Of a stretch of DNA of 64,000 bases, positions 23,480 through 36,086 are shown piece by piece. A program made the translations under genes and the position numbers. The DNA comes from Centroscyllium fabricii (taxonomy: Eukaryota), in contig JBNRSN020000007.1 of assembly GCA_051313645.2 (NCBI GenBank), forward strand, positions 194,556,001 through 194,620,000, given 5' to 3'. The first letter of the stretch is position 1. Every line of letters begins with the position of its first letter. The notes below the pieces were generated by a model. The model made no database searches and had not been told where the DNA came from. It worked only from the letters and a program-made list of their open reading frames with translations.

Positions 23480-24530
23480 CTGCTTAGCTGACATCCAGTA
23501 TTTGATTAGCAGAAATTTCCTTTAATTAAACGTGTCTTCGGCCCCCACCACAAACCATGTTCCCAATACACCGACTCCATCCCTTTCCCTGGCCTTTGTG
23601 GTTGAACCAGATTGTTCTCAACTGTGGCTTTATTTGATCCTGCGCTTCCAACCCCATATCCACTTCTTCATCAAGACCACCTCTAACATTACCCATCCCT
23701 GCCTCAGCTCATCTGGCACTGAAATCCTCATCAATGCCTTTGTTGCCTCTAGACTTGACTATTCCAATGATCTCTTGGCCAGTCTCCCAGCACTTTGCAC
23801 CCTCCGTAATCTTGAGTTCACCCACTCATTGCTTCCCATATCCTATTCTAGCTCCAAGACCAATCACCTGTGTGCTCGCTGACCTACATTGGCTCCTGGT
23901 CCAGCAACGCCTCTTTTAAAATTCTCATCCTTATGTTCCAATCCCTCGGTGGACTTGCACGTCCCTATCTCTAGAACCTCCGCCAATCTACCGAGATCTT
24001 TGCTTTCAGGGCGGCATGGTGGCATAGTGGTTAGCACTGTTGCCTTACAGCACTGGAGACCCGGGTTCAAATCCAGCCTCGGGTACTATCTGTGTGGCGT
24101 TTGTACATTCTCCCCGTGTCTGCGTGGGTTTCCTCCCACAGTCCAAAAATGTGCGGGTTAGGTTGATTGGCCACGATAAATTGACCCTTAGAGTTAGGGA
24201 GATTGAATATGTTGCGTTACGGGGATAGGGTGGGATATGTGTCGGTGTGGGATCGAGGGATATGGGGACAAGGCAGGGACAGGGTGCTGGGTTTGGATGA
24301 TCAGCCATGATCTCATTGAATGGCGGAGCAGGCTCGAATGGCCTGCTCCTGCTCCTATCTTCTATGTTTCTATGTTCCTCCAATTGAGACCTCTTGTGCA
24401 TCCCTGATTTTTGTGCTCCATCATTGGTGGCTGTGTCTTCAGACGCCTAGGCCCTATGCTTTGAAATTCTCACCTTAAACCTCTCTGCCTCCTTTTAAGG
24501 CACTCTGTCAAACCTACTTCTGACCAAACA
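23480..24530 (+). mobile_element. Degenerate L2 3' fragment containing an HE1 SINE
   Basis: EILINAFVASRLDYSNDLLASLP and VLADLHWLLV. Confidence 0.7.
24009..24376 (+). mobile_element. HE1-type V-SINE
   Basis: GGGCGGCATGGTGGCATAGTGG...GGTTCAAATCC head, V-domain, and (tctatgtt)n tail. Confidence 0.9.
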
Positions 24531-25811
24531 TTTCCTTTAGTAGATGTGCGACAGTTGTATTCCATTATTCATGCATGGAAGGGCAGCTACTAACCAAGAC
24601 AAAATTGCTATCTACAATGCTGGCCATCATTTTGGGGTAAATGATTTGTGGTGTGGTGTTAAACATATTGCCAAAGGCATAAAAAAATAAACCAGAGGTA
24701 AACAACAGATCTAATGCTCATCTTGATTCAGAAGACTTTAAAGATTTTGAGTTTAGCCTGGTTATTTCTCTTCCCCCCCCCGGCCCCCCTGCCCAGTTTT
24801 CGTTCAACTCCTATTTTAGTCATTGGTCTTAGTCCAGTATATGGGATGAGTTTAGTGGGATATGGTGAAAACTGAATCCTTGGCTCATTACTGTAAGCCA
24901 CAGTAGCGATTTTAATGAAAGCATCTTTTTTGGGCTGCTTTACAATTGAGTCGTGAAATGTAAGGTACTTCCAGGTTAATGGTTGCATCCAATGATTGCA
25001 CTCTTACCTCCATATGTAGCTCTCCCTGATTTTTATGTTAAAACAATTCCCGTTCAGTGCATGTAAAGTGTCTAAGTCTCCTATGCATCGCAGACAGGAA
25101 TGCACTGGTCTCAATTTACTGGCTGATCTGTGAATGTAGTTTTGGACCAGATGTTGGAATATGACATTTGTGTGCACACTTCACTGCATTTCAAAAATCA
25201 TTCCTTGCTTTGAAAGATTTCCTTTTTTTATAATGCACCCTATAAATGGAGGTGCTGTGACTCTTGCAGTGGGCCTGGAGTTTAACACAAGCATGCAACT
25301 GCACCGAATCAGCTTGGCGTGTTCACTAGACCAGAAGAGGATTTGGTTAATCTGATGACTGATTGCAAAATTCACATGTAGGTCTGCACGACTACCTATT
25401 TCACATGTAGGTTTGCACGACTACCTATTCTCTGGAGGTTGAATGGTTGAGGAATGCTATCAATTACATTCCGTCAAGGTAAAGATGCCTTTAATGCTGT
25501 TTTGATCTCGCATCATGACCTAACTTAACAAAGTGGTGGGGAAGCTTTTCACTATTGTGATCATGCCGGCCACTGGGAGATGCACAAGGATTAACTTTTA
25601 ATCTTTTCCTGCCTCTGGTGAGCAGAATCTGTGGGGATGTCAGTTTTCTTGTGCTTTGCAATAAAAGATAAATTAGAGGCCAAGACTTTGAGGAAGTGGA
25701 AGGTGGAATGTTTGTGTAGTGATCCTAGCAGTTAGCATTTCAGTATTAGCCAATTTCAACACTGCCTTTAATATGATCCCTTGCATGATGAGCATAGATG
25801 TAAACTAGCAT

Positions 25812-26438
25812 AGATGACGAGAGGCTGAGTGGATTGGGCCTCTACTCATTGGAGTTCAGAAGAATGAGAGGCGATCTTATTGAAATATATAAGATTGTGA
25901 GAGGGCTTGATCGGGTGGATGCGGTGAGGATGTTCCCAATGGTGGGTGAGACAAGGACTAGGGGGAATAATCTTAAAATAAGGGGTTTCAAAACTGAGAT
26001 GAGGGGGAACTTCTTTACTCAGAGGGTGGTGCGACTGTGGAATTTGCTGCCCCAGAGAGCTGTAGAAGCTACTACATTGAATACATTTAAAAACTGAGAT
26101 AGACAGTTTCCTGGAATTAAAGAGAATTAGGGGTTATGGTGAGCGGGCAGGTAAGTGGACGTGAGGCTAGGTTCAGATCGGCCATGTGATCTGGACCAGT
26201 TTTCGATCGCCCAGATGGGTCGGAGAGGAATTTTCCTGATTTTTTTTTTCTCCAAAATTGGCTGCTGGTTTTTTTAAATCTGGTTTTTCACCTCACCCAG
26301 GTGATCACATTGGTCTGGGTGGGGTGGAGAGTAAAAATAAAATTGAGGTTTGGATCAGATCAGCCATGATCTTGTTGAATGGCGGAGCAGGCTCGAGGGG
26401 CCGATTGGCCTACTCCTGCTCCTATTTCTTCTGTTCTT
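25812..26438 (+). mobile_element. CR1 3' fragment (same subfamily as 3213-8690)
   Basis: GLYSLEFRRMRGDLIE...FFTQRVVRLWNLLPQRAVEATTLN, and the same extended 3' UTR. Confidence 0.88.
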
Positions 26439-26926
26439 AAACCCATTAAAAAGATTTCTTCATCCAATCCATCCATCTTGCACTGCAATCTCATTTAAAT
26501 TGAACGGCATTCTGGTTTAGCTGATGGGAACTGTATCCTGTAAAACATCCATTGCCAACCTGAGCAATGGATTAAGATTTTTTTTAATGAAATTAGGCTC
26601 TACATTTACTTGTGCAAACTGCCTGGAATGTTGACGGTGAGGTACCAGTCCATGAATACAATTGCTTCGTAAGTATGCCGCTGTTAATATACTGAGTTAT
26701 CCTCTTGCCATTTTCTTGCGTAAAATCTGCAGTAATCAGCAACTCCTTCAACTGTTGTAGCAATTTCTGCTTCCTTAATGGGAATTAATACAATACTCAT
26801 TTTCAAAATAGGTGTGAAACCTAACCATTTTCCTGGCAACACTTCCGTTCTTGTGTTCATTTTCAAACCTGGAGTGTTGAAATGTAACGTTCTAAAGTAT
26901 TGTTAGGTCTTGGGTTTATCTTGGTA

Positions 26927-27624
26927 CAGGTTGTGCACCGAAAATCCGTGTCACGAAAAGCCGGCAGCTTCAGTCTGCCGGCACAAATTGCCCCGACTGC
27001 ACTGCGCATGCGCAAGATGGCAGCCGCCATCGCGGCTTCGGCGAATGATCTGCGCATGCGCCGCTGAACGACGAGCGCATGCGCAGATCATTCAAAACGG
27101 CTGACGGGTGTTTTGAATGATCTGCGCATGCGTCGCCGGACGGCTAGCGCATGCGCAGATAATTCAATACGGCCGCCGGTTATTTTCTCGACAGCTGAGC
27201 CCCGTGACTGAGGCGGACAGTCACCAGGCAACAGCTGTCAGCCTGAGTCCGGCTCGGCGGCAGCAGCAACCCCAAAGGCGATGGAGAGGGAAGGCGGACC
27301 TACTGGGCCCGACCCGCGCCCGCACAACCATCCTTCCCCCCCCCCCCCCCCCCCCCCCTGCAAGACCGGCCTTTCACTGCTGCCCGTCAGCCCTAAAAGG
27401 CAAACGGAACGCCACACAAGCCTGAGCCCCTCAAAAAACATCGCGGTGGCCATTATTGGATGATCTGCGCATGCGCGCGCCAGCCATTCCCAATGTTGTG
27501 CGCATGCGCGCGGCCATTTTGAATGGTGCGCGCATGCGCAGTGTCCAACTTCGTTCTCCCGGTTTTTTCAGTTTCCCGGCACGGGCCTGGTCCCGCCCGT
27601 GGCGGATTAATGGTGCACAACCTA
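26927..27624. mobile_element. Tigger/pogo-like MITE (copy 4)
   Basis: TA|CAGGTTGTGCACCG...GGATTAATGGTGCACAACCTA. Sister copy of 57047-58048. Confidence 0.85.
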
Positions 27625-28222
27625 TTGTCTTTGGTGAAATTTAGTACCAACAAACTTGCTCAGTTTCAGAAACTGACGGTGATTAAGACTGATACTCTAA
27701 TTCTAATAACTTATTACATTGTTTTAATTTTCTGTCTTTCTACCTTAATTTGGCAACTTAGCTAATTGCAATAGCTGCTGGCCTTTGACCATCCCTGTAA
27801 ATCTGATTTTTCAGAAAACTAAAGGGAGCTAGGTGGAAAATATAAATTGTGCAAGTGTTCTTGCACATAATACACAGGACTGTACCTTGTATTAAATGTA
27901 AGCTGGTTGCCATGGAAGAGATGGCTTTTCTATAAAATATTTTTTGATGTCAAAAATTTAAAACACATGAACAAAATTCTGTGACTTTTTACAAGCCAAT
28001 TATTGGCACTGCACAATGAATTACGAAGTACATAGTTTTGCATTTTTCCTAACTTGAATGTGGTAGTCCTAGATATTGGAAGTCCAACCTAATTTTTTAC
28101 AGTTAACTTGCAGGACACGTTTTTGGTAACGGCTTCCCCATAAACTTTCGTAATCTAATGCAAATGGCAATTTTCTCTTCTTTTTTTTTGTTTCACGTGG
28201 TAAAGCACGTAAAGGATTCTAA

Positions 28223-28415
28223 ATGATGTCCCGGCGAAGAAGCAGAAGCCCATCCCGAGAGCGTCGAATGCGTGGTGACCGCAGCACAAGTTCCAAGACC
28301 GACAGCGCTGATCCGCGAGATCTTGACAGGCGCATTTTTGTTGGAAATTTGCCCACCGACACCATGGTGAGGAAGGATTTGGAAGATATGTTCCTTAAAT
28401 ACGGCAAGATAAATG
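28223..28415 (+). CDS. NCOA5: NCOA5 coding exon 1 (RS-rich start and first half of RRM)
   Basis: Polypyrimidine tract and AG at 28204-5, in-frame TAA just before the ATG. MMSRRRSRSPSR...DPRDLDRRIFVGNLPTD (RNP2)...FLKYGKIN. Donor G|GTTAGT, phase 1. Confidence 0.85.
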
Positions 28416-31400
28416 GTTAGTATCTGGAAGCGTTAGACTTCCCAACTGAATCCAGTACTTGATTTTAATGTCCTACCTGTTACTACTTGAAAGGTATGTT
28501 ACCACAATTTCAGATCTTAATTGTAATATCTTCACCGGGCTGTTCGGTGCCATTTGTTGACTACTTGCTCCTAAGAAGTTAGTAACAGTTTCAGTTGGAA
28601 AACACCACGACTAAGGAAACTTCTATCCCAATAGCTTGTTCTTGATTGGGTGGAGCAATATGCTAAAACGGTTTGAAGCATTGGTTTGTCCACCTTTGCT
28701 GACTGCGCAGCTCTGAATTCCCATCGCAAGTAATGGAAATTCCTAAAACTTGCGAAGGGAGGGGCTTTGAACAATTTTTTTAAAGGTGAGTTTGGTTCTT
28801 TGAAGTCAAGTTCCATCACATTTGTACAATACCATAATATGCATGAGTATATGGTGTGCAAAAAGTACATTCTCAAACCGATGTCCGAACCTTATCGGGA
28901 GAAGACGACAAAGGTTCGGGGCGGGAGAGGCAGGAAAACGTGCAAATGGACTACTGGTTGTTGACCCACTTTCTGCTATGAAGCCTGCTAACAATGTTCC
29001 TGTACACGCATGCACAGGGTCAGTAGAATACTGAAGAATTTCAATGTTTATACTTGCTGGTAAAAAAACCAGAGTACCATATTGTTGCAGCTAAAATGCT
29101 GCCACGTAATGGTTTTCTGCACCCATTCTCCTCATCCTCCAAATGCAGCAGATTCTGACTTATTGTCCAACTTGAAAATTCACGTTAAATGACTTTAAAT
29201 TAGTTCTGTCTGCTGCAATAGCCAACAACCGTCTTATCCCTGTATTGACTTGCAACGTGGATCCCATCGTCGGCTAAAGTTGGATTTTGATATTCCACCT
29301 GAGAATGTCCCTCGGAGACAGGTGGTCACCTGTGATGTCTCTTGTCATCCATTGCCATGATTTTGAAGATTTGAGCCTGTTGTCATCAAAAATCTGCAAT
29401 CCTGCAAGATCTTCTGACAAAAGATGATTTCACTTACTGCAACTCTGATTTATCATAAAGTGAATCTTTCTGATTGGAGGATAACACTAGGTCAAAGAAC
29501 AACGTCAGACATTTTATGGTTCTTTTATTTTTGGGTGCTGGGAAATAAAGTTTTTATTTATATAAAAAGAGTTTGCAGCTTGTGGGATCTGTTCAAGCGT
29601 CGGTAGGAAAGAACTGATTTTCTGCCTCCTCTTCAGGAAGAGGTGTCGAGGAAAAATTTGATTCTCAAATAGTTACGTGCTGATGGAGTTGGGTTCACTT
29701 TGTGTTACCAGAAGTAGAGCCTACTGCTTGGGTGTTAATGTCACAGAATTTAATTTGGCACATTTTCGTTCAGCGGCCATTATCTTTGAAATCAGATATA
29801 ATTGTGGCTCCAAACTTGCTTTAAATTGAATATTCAGGAAGCCCAATTTTTAATGGTTCTTTCAACTGGTCTGTCTCATACCTTGATACGATAGGCAAAA
29901 CTGAGTTGTTCAGTTCATTGCCCAAGTCGTATTCAACTTGTGTCTTTGCTAATTTTGCAAGGTTTACTTCAGGACCTTGTGTGTCCTCTGGGATCCTCTT
30001 CTATCAAATGATTAATCATTTGAACCCCCATTGGTCACCAAGGAAGCCCTTTTGGTTGCCTTTGTTTTTTGTGGAGTAACATTTTTTGAGTTAAAAACCT
30101 GTGACCCAATCAAGTGTACACTGAAATGATAAGCAGGTGCTCCCACAGCACAATGCAAATAAATGCTACGTTCTAATGTGGCTGGGCGTACAGGGATTGA
30201 GTTTTTACTTCAATTGGACAAGTGAATTGAAATTTGATCTAGTTTTCTGCTCCTAATCACTGTCCAGTGCCTACTGATGGTACATGCTTGTGAACACTAG
30301 GTGAGAACAGGAACATGCTTCTGGTTGTGATTCCTTGCATGGATGACTAGCATGTTGATCTCTGCTGACTAGGCTGATATGTTCCTACTTGGTTGAGTTT
30401 CAGAAGGATGTCTGGAAGAGTTGGCACATTGAGGGGAGAAACTGGGGATAGCCTGTGATCTCAAGCTTGTGCAGAATAAAATTGAGCTTGCTTTGACAGT
30501 TTTCTTTACATCTTAATGGTTCTGTTATAAGATATGCCTACGCTATGGGATAGTGTTATATCTCTTGGAAAAATTAATTATTTTGCATCTAGCACCTTTT
30601 TAAGACGGGTCTAATAATTAACCAATGCCTTTTTGAGAGGGGATGGCTTGAGTGGGTTACTAATGTACGTGAAGGATGAGTGTCCTCATGTAATTCGGCT
30701 ATTTTGTGCGTCTGCATGGGCGGGAAGAAAGGAAATGCCGGGAATATATTCCCATTTCAATCTTAAGTATGTCTTGACCCCTCCTGAACAAAATAGTATA
30801 CCTTAATGCCTTGGGGGTGGGGGTAGGTTTCAAGATGGTTGGGAGACTACAATGAACCTCTCCCGAATACCTTTTAGTCAATTTGTGTTCTTTCCAGAAG
30901 TGTGCTTATCCTGCAGGCTTGGATCACTTCGGAGGACCTGTTGGTAAAGTATTTCCAGAAAGGCCACAGAGGAATTATGACATTAAGTATCACCGTGCCC
31001 TCCAGACAAATGCTTAACTTGATCAAGTGCCAGCCTTGACATCTGCCAACATGGATATTGGTCATTATTGGCAGATTGGAATGTGTGATGCGAGTGGATC
31101 ATCCATCAGACCCAAGGCTCATTGATTTGGAGGTCTGTCCCACTGTCGCGGATGGAAATTATGGCAGGGCTATAGATGAGAACGGTGCTTTCTAAGGGTC
31201 TTCAGTTACATTTTTTTGAGGCTTGATGTTTGCAATTGGAATTCTTAATTTTGGGATTGAGGTGGTTGGAATAGACTTCTTTTGAAAATTGCAGACCTGA
31301 TGCACAAGTTCGGCCCTTCATATGACCTACTACAATGGGGACTTGGGCAGTGTCAATGACAGTAGACTCTAGATGTGAAGGTCCCATCTTGAAGGAGGAA

Positions 31401-32918
31401 GCTTGTTGTCCCATGCATGGTACATTCCTTGGGCTGCAAGTTCAAACAAAATATAGGATGTCTTCCATGCAATTAATTCCTCTGAAAAAGCAATTTGGAC
31501 TAGTAGGTGCACATAGCAAGCATCCTGGAGCCTGCCTGTATAGCCAAAATGTAACTAAGGATAATTGGCTATCGTATGTTTGACTTGGAATTATGAAAAT
31601 TAATTTCATATAGCTATAACTTTTGATCTTTAAAATTATGAAACATTGTTATATCGTTTCGACGGCTGTCCAAAACGTATTGTGCAGTCACTTCTAGTGA
31701 CTCGTTTATTTCTTGAGCGGCAACGCTGAAATTCTGTTATGCCAGCAGTGAATCTATCAATTTTTTTATCTCCTTGTGTTTACCCAGTTTCAAATTCATG
31801 CTCAAATTTGGGGTGTGTATATATTTTAGCTACAGAAGGCTTCTTGCATGCAGATTATTTGGTGTATTGATCAAAATAGTTTGTAAGTCGACTGACAATG
31901 AAAACAGGAGGCTGATGTCTGATTTTGTTCCTGGCCTCAGATGTTTAGGGAGGCTCTGCTGGGCACCAAACATAATTAGTATAGGATTATAAAAGGTCAT
32001 TTGGTTCATCAATGCTTGGTCCTAGCCTCCCAGTCTAGCAAAAGGCATATCATGGATTTCCTGTACTATTGCTAGCTCAGTAGTCAACTCTGGAATTTAA
32101 ACTCCTAATGAAGAACAGAATCCAGCTGACAGTGCAGAGGAGAATTTATGGCAGGAGAAATGAGATTCCACCATTATGTTCTGTACTTTTTTCCCCTTTT
32201 GAGAATTAATACAGAATGTTGAATTGTGGGTGGCATGCTCTTTGCTACCCACAATATTTGTGGGAGGGGGGGCTGCGGTCAGTTATACTTGCATAGTGAT
32301 GGCCTGTCACATCTCGGCAGCATTGACTGAAGTCATCTGCATTGTGTTGGGCTCTTGGATACCAGAGCAAGACCCGGGCATTTTAGGCAGTGTGCAAGAT
32401 CAGGGTACAATGCTCATTGCTAGGCTTTTCACAGTGGTGAAATGACCAACTATTACAAGTAGCACCATGTTTACTCAAAGATTACTGCATTGGTGAACTA
32501 TCTTCACCACTTGGTTTTCCCACCGTACATTAGAATATGGTTTCCAATCCAAGAAACTGAATCTTTGTAACTGAAGAGAATGTCATTCTATGTATAAAGA
32601 TTTGTGAGCAACATTAGTCAATCCTTCTGAACAATTGCTGATTTTCAAAATGAATTCTGTCTGCAGTTGGGATCGTAAATGTATGGAATTGAATTGAAGC
32701 ATGATCACTTAACCAGATTTGAAATGGCAATTTTGAAACTGGTGAACGGGCAAATGGCATATAGCTATATTCATTTGTCACATTATATATGGGAAATCTA
32801 AAGCCACTAGTCCACGCAAGCCTGTATTAATTTTTCCTTGTCTTCTAATTGTTGCCTTTACTGCCGTAATGTCTAATTTTAGCACATGGGTGTGCTGTTA
32901 TGTAAATCAATATAATTA

Positions 32919-33509
32919 CAGGTACACAGTCCCTTATCCGCACATCCGAAAACCGAAATTTCAAATGACCCGAGTTGCGCACGAAAAATGACCCGACGCA
33001 CTTTATTGAATGTTTACCTTACAAATAAACTTTATTAGAGCATTTATAAACTGCGTATGGTCGTTCTTAACGCACTTTTATGAATGCCGACTGACTGATT
33101 ATTCAAAATGGCCGTCAGAAGTTTAAACTCAGCAGCTGCAGCCAATCACAGCCCCCGGGCTCTCGCACCACCCGACCCTAGACAGGCAAGCTCCACCAAT
33201 CACAGCCCAGCTCATACACCACCTGATCCTAGACTGGCAAGCTCCACCAATTACAGCCCACCTCTCGCACCACCTGATCCTAGATGGGCAAGCTCCACCA
33301 GTCACAGCCCAGCTAACACACCACCTGATCCTAGACTGGCAAATCTCACCAATCACAGCCCACCTCACACACCACCTGACCAAGCATCATTGGCGGCGGC
33401 CATTTCAACCTGTATTTACAAGATTTGCTGCAGAAAAACGTAAGTTAATTGCGCCCATTCCGAAATTATCCGAAGTCCCGAGGTTTTCGGATAAAGGATT
33501 GTGTACCTG
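32919..33509. mobile_element. Tigger-like MITE of a second family, with internal 51-bp tandem repeat
   Basis: TA|CAGGTACACAGTCCCTTATCCG...CGGATAAAGGATTGTGTACCTG|TA. About five units start at 33142, 33196, 33247, 33298 and 33349. Confidence 0.85.
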
Positions 33510-33769
33510 TACTTCTATCCTGGATATAATTACTTGTATCCTGGCTATAAAATTTGGTTATAGAAGGGAGATTTTGATTGCCTTTCTGTTATTCTATCTA
33601 CTTCACGCACACTCGTGGTAACGTCTTTCAAAGGACTGAGGAGTATAACCGCTAAATGGGATTTGGATTTCAATAAGAGCTGTTGTTGACTTGAACCTTG
33701 ATGAGCTTCAGCAGCAGATTGTTGCAGGAAGGGAGGTTTCACCGCCTTTCCTTAGCTGATCGGTTTGAT

Positions 33770-34935
33770 CTAATAACCATAACTGAGACGTGGTTGCAAA
33801 GTGGCCAAGGTTGGGAACTAAATATTCCAGGCTGCGTAACTTTTAGAAGATAGAGGCAAAATGGAAAAGGTGAAAGGGTAGCCCTGATGATAAAGGATGG
33901 AATAAAGATAGTAGAGGGAAATTATCTTTGCTCTAGAAATCAAGAAGTAGAATCTGTTTGGGTGAACCTAACAAACAGCAAGAGGCAGAACACATTGGTG
34001 GGAGTTGTTTATACAGTAGTTCTAATATAGGGCAGAGCATAAATGAGGAAATTAGAGGTGCATGTACCAAGAGTAATACAGTAATCACGGGGGGCTTTAA
34101 TCTGCAAATAGACTGGGCAAACCAAATTTGCAGTAATAGTGTGGAGGATGAATTCATGGAATGTATGCAAGTTAGTTTTCTAGATCAGTATGTTGAACCA
34201 ACTAGGAAACAGGCTATTTTAGATCTAGTATTGTGCAATGAGAAAGCATTAATTGATAACATTGTAGTAAAGGGGCCTTTAGGGAAGAGTGATCATAATA
34301 TGATTGAATTTTATATTGAGTTTGAGATTTAGTTAAATCTCAAACTAGGGTCTTAAATCTAAACAAAGCGAAGTACGTAGGTTTGAGGGGGCGAGTTGGC
34401 GAAGGTAGATTGGGCAACTACATTAGAAGGTATGGTGTACAAGCAATGGCTAGCATTTAAAGAATTAATACATATTTTCAGCAAATATAAATTTCTTAAG
34501 GCACAAAAAACCCCCACAGGAAAAGTGGTCCAACCGTGGCTAACGAGAAGTTAAAGATTGATCTAATAATACTAAGGACGAGGCTCATAATGTTGCTAAA
34601 AAGAGCAGTAAGCCTGAGGCTTGGGAGGATTTTAGAATTCAGCAAAGGAGGACCAAGAAATTGATAACGGGAAAATAGAATACGAGAGTAAACTAGCGAG
34701 AGACAAAACCGGCTTCTATAGGTATGTAAAAAGGCAAAGATTGGCAAAAGTAAATGTGGGTCCCTTACAGGCTGAGACAGGAGAAATTATAATGGGGAAT
34801 AAGGAAATGGCAGAAAAATAAAACACATACATTGTGTCTGTCCTCACAGAAGAAGATGCAAAAAACTCAGGAAATAATGGAGAACCAAGGGTCCAGCGAG
34901 AATGAGGAACTGAAAGAAATTAGTATTGGTTAAAA
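33770..34935 (+). mobile_element. Degenerate CR1 ORF2 fragment (endonuclease/tether)
   Basis: ITETWL and GGFNLQIDW...QYVEPTRKQAILDLVLCNE...LGKSDHNMI. Confidence 0.8.
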
Positions 34936-35371
34936 AAAATGCAGATCCGGCATCGTCAAAAATTTATTTCCTCAAGCATTCACTCCATTTCTTCATTTGT
35001 CTCTTCCTTGCTCCACATTCAGTCCCAATCAGTCGATCTAATCCCCTATCACTGTTGCCCTCCCACTCTCCCTCCCACCCTCCTGCGCAGTAGAACCACC
35101 CCCGGCGCCAGGAAGCCGTCCGCCGCCACCCCCCAACAGCATTACAAATGGCACACCTGCCCGAGAGAGGGACAACCGCACCGCCTGCCTGTGCCCCCCC
35201 ACTCCGCCCTGTGGCCCCCCCCCCCATCGCCCTCCTGCCAGTCTCTCTGCTCTCTGGTCCTTTTAAACTGCCATTCTGCTCTCTGGTCCTTTTAAACTGC
35301 CGTTCTGCTCTCTCTCTTCCTATTAAACTGCCGTTCTGCTTTCTTCTTATTAAACTGCCGTTCCGCTGTCT

Positions 35372-35765
35372 AGCTCCTTCTTGAATATATTTAATGAATT
35401 GGCCTCAAGTGCCTTCCGTGGTAGAGAATTCCACAGGTTCACCACTCTAGGTGAAGAAATTCCTCCTCATCTCAGTCCTAAATGGCTTACCCCTTATCCT
35501 CAGACTGTGACCCCTGGTTCTAGTCTCTTCCACCATCAGGAACATCCTTCCTGCATCTAGTCCGGTTAGAATTTTATAAGTTTCAATGAGATCCCCTCTC
35601 ATTCTTCTAAACTCTAGCGAGTATAAGCCCAAACAAACCAATCTCTCCTTATATGACATTCCTGCCATCCCAGGTATCAGTCTGGTGAATCTTCGCTGCA
35701 CTCCTTCCATGGCAAGAACATCCTTCCTCAGATAATGTGACCAAAACTGCACACAGTACTCAAGA
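35372..35765 (-). mobile_element. CR1 3' fragment
   Basis: LEYCVQFWSHYLRKDVLAMEGVQRRFTRLIPGM...RRNFFT. Confidence 0.85.
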
Positions 35766-35769
35766 TCAC

Positions 35770-36086
35770 TTGAGAAAAATGATCTGGTCATTGTCACATT
35801 GCTGTTTGTGGGACCTTTCTGTGCGCAGATTGGCTGACCCGATTCTTTTTATTGGCTACTTTATTTCCTTTATTGGTATCCTACATGACAACACTGACTA
35901 CACTTGAAAAAGTACTTCATTGGCTATGGAGCGCTTTAGGGCGCCCGGTGGTTGTGAAAGGCGCTATATAAATGCAAGTCTTCCTTTCTTTGAATGCCGT
36001 GTTTATGCCATTTTCCGGTGGTTGTGAAAGGCGCTATATAAATGCAAGTCTTCCTTTCTTTGAATGCCGTGTTTATGCCATTTTCC
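35770..36086 (+). mobile_element. SINE/L2-type 3' tail (SacSINE1-like), last ~70 bp tandemly duplicated
   Basis: cacattgctgtttgtgggacc...aagtacttcattggct...gaaaggcgctatataaatgcaag. The same tail occurs on the minus strand at ~50722-50935, ~52995-53100 and ~56715-56905. Confidence 0.6.

Noticed and set aside
25371-25429. Small tandem duplications (29 bp here; ~44 bp at 40945-41034)
   Set aside because: Ordinary slippage duplications with no sign of function.
33108-33443. Proline-rich repetitive ORF
   Set aside because: Translation of a 51-bp tandem repeat inside a TIR-bounded MITE.
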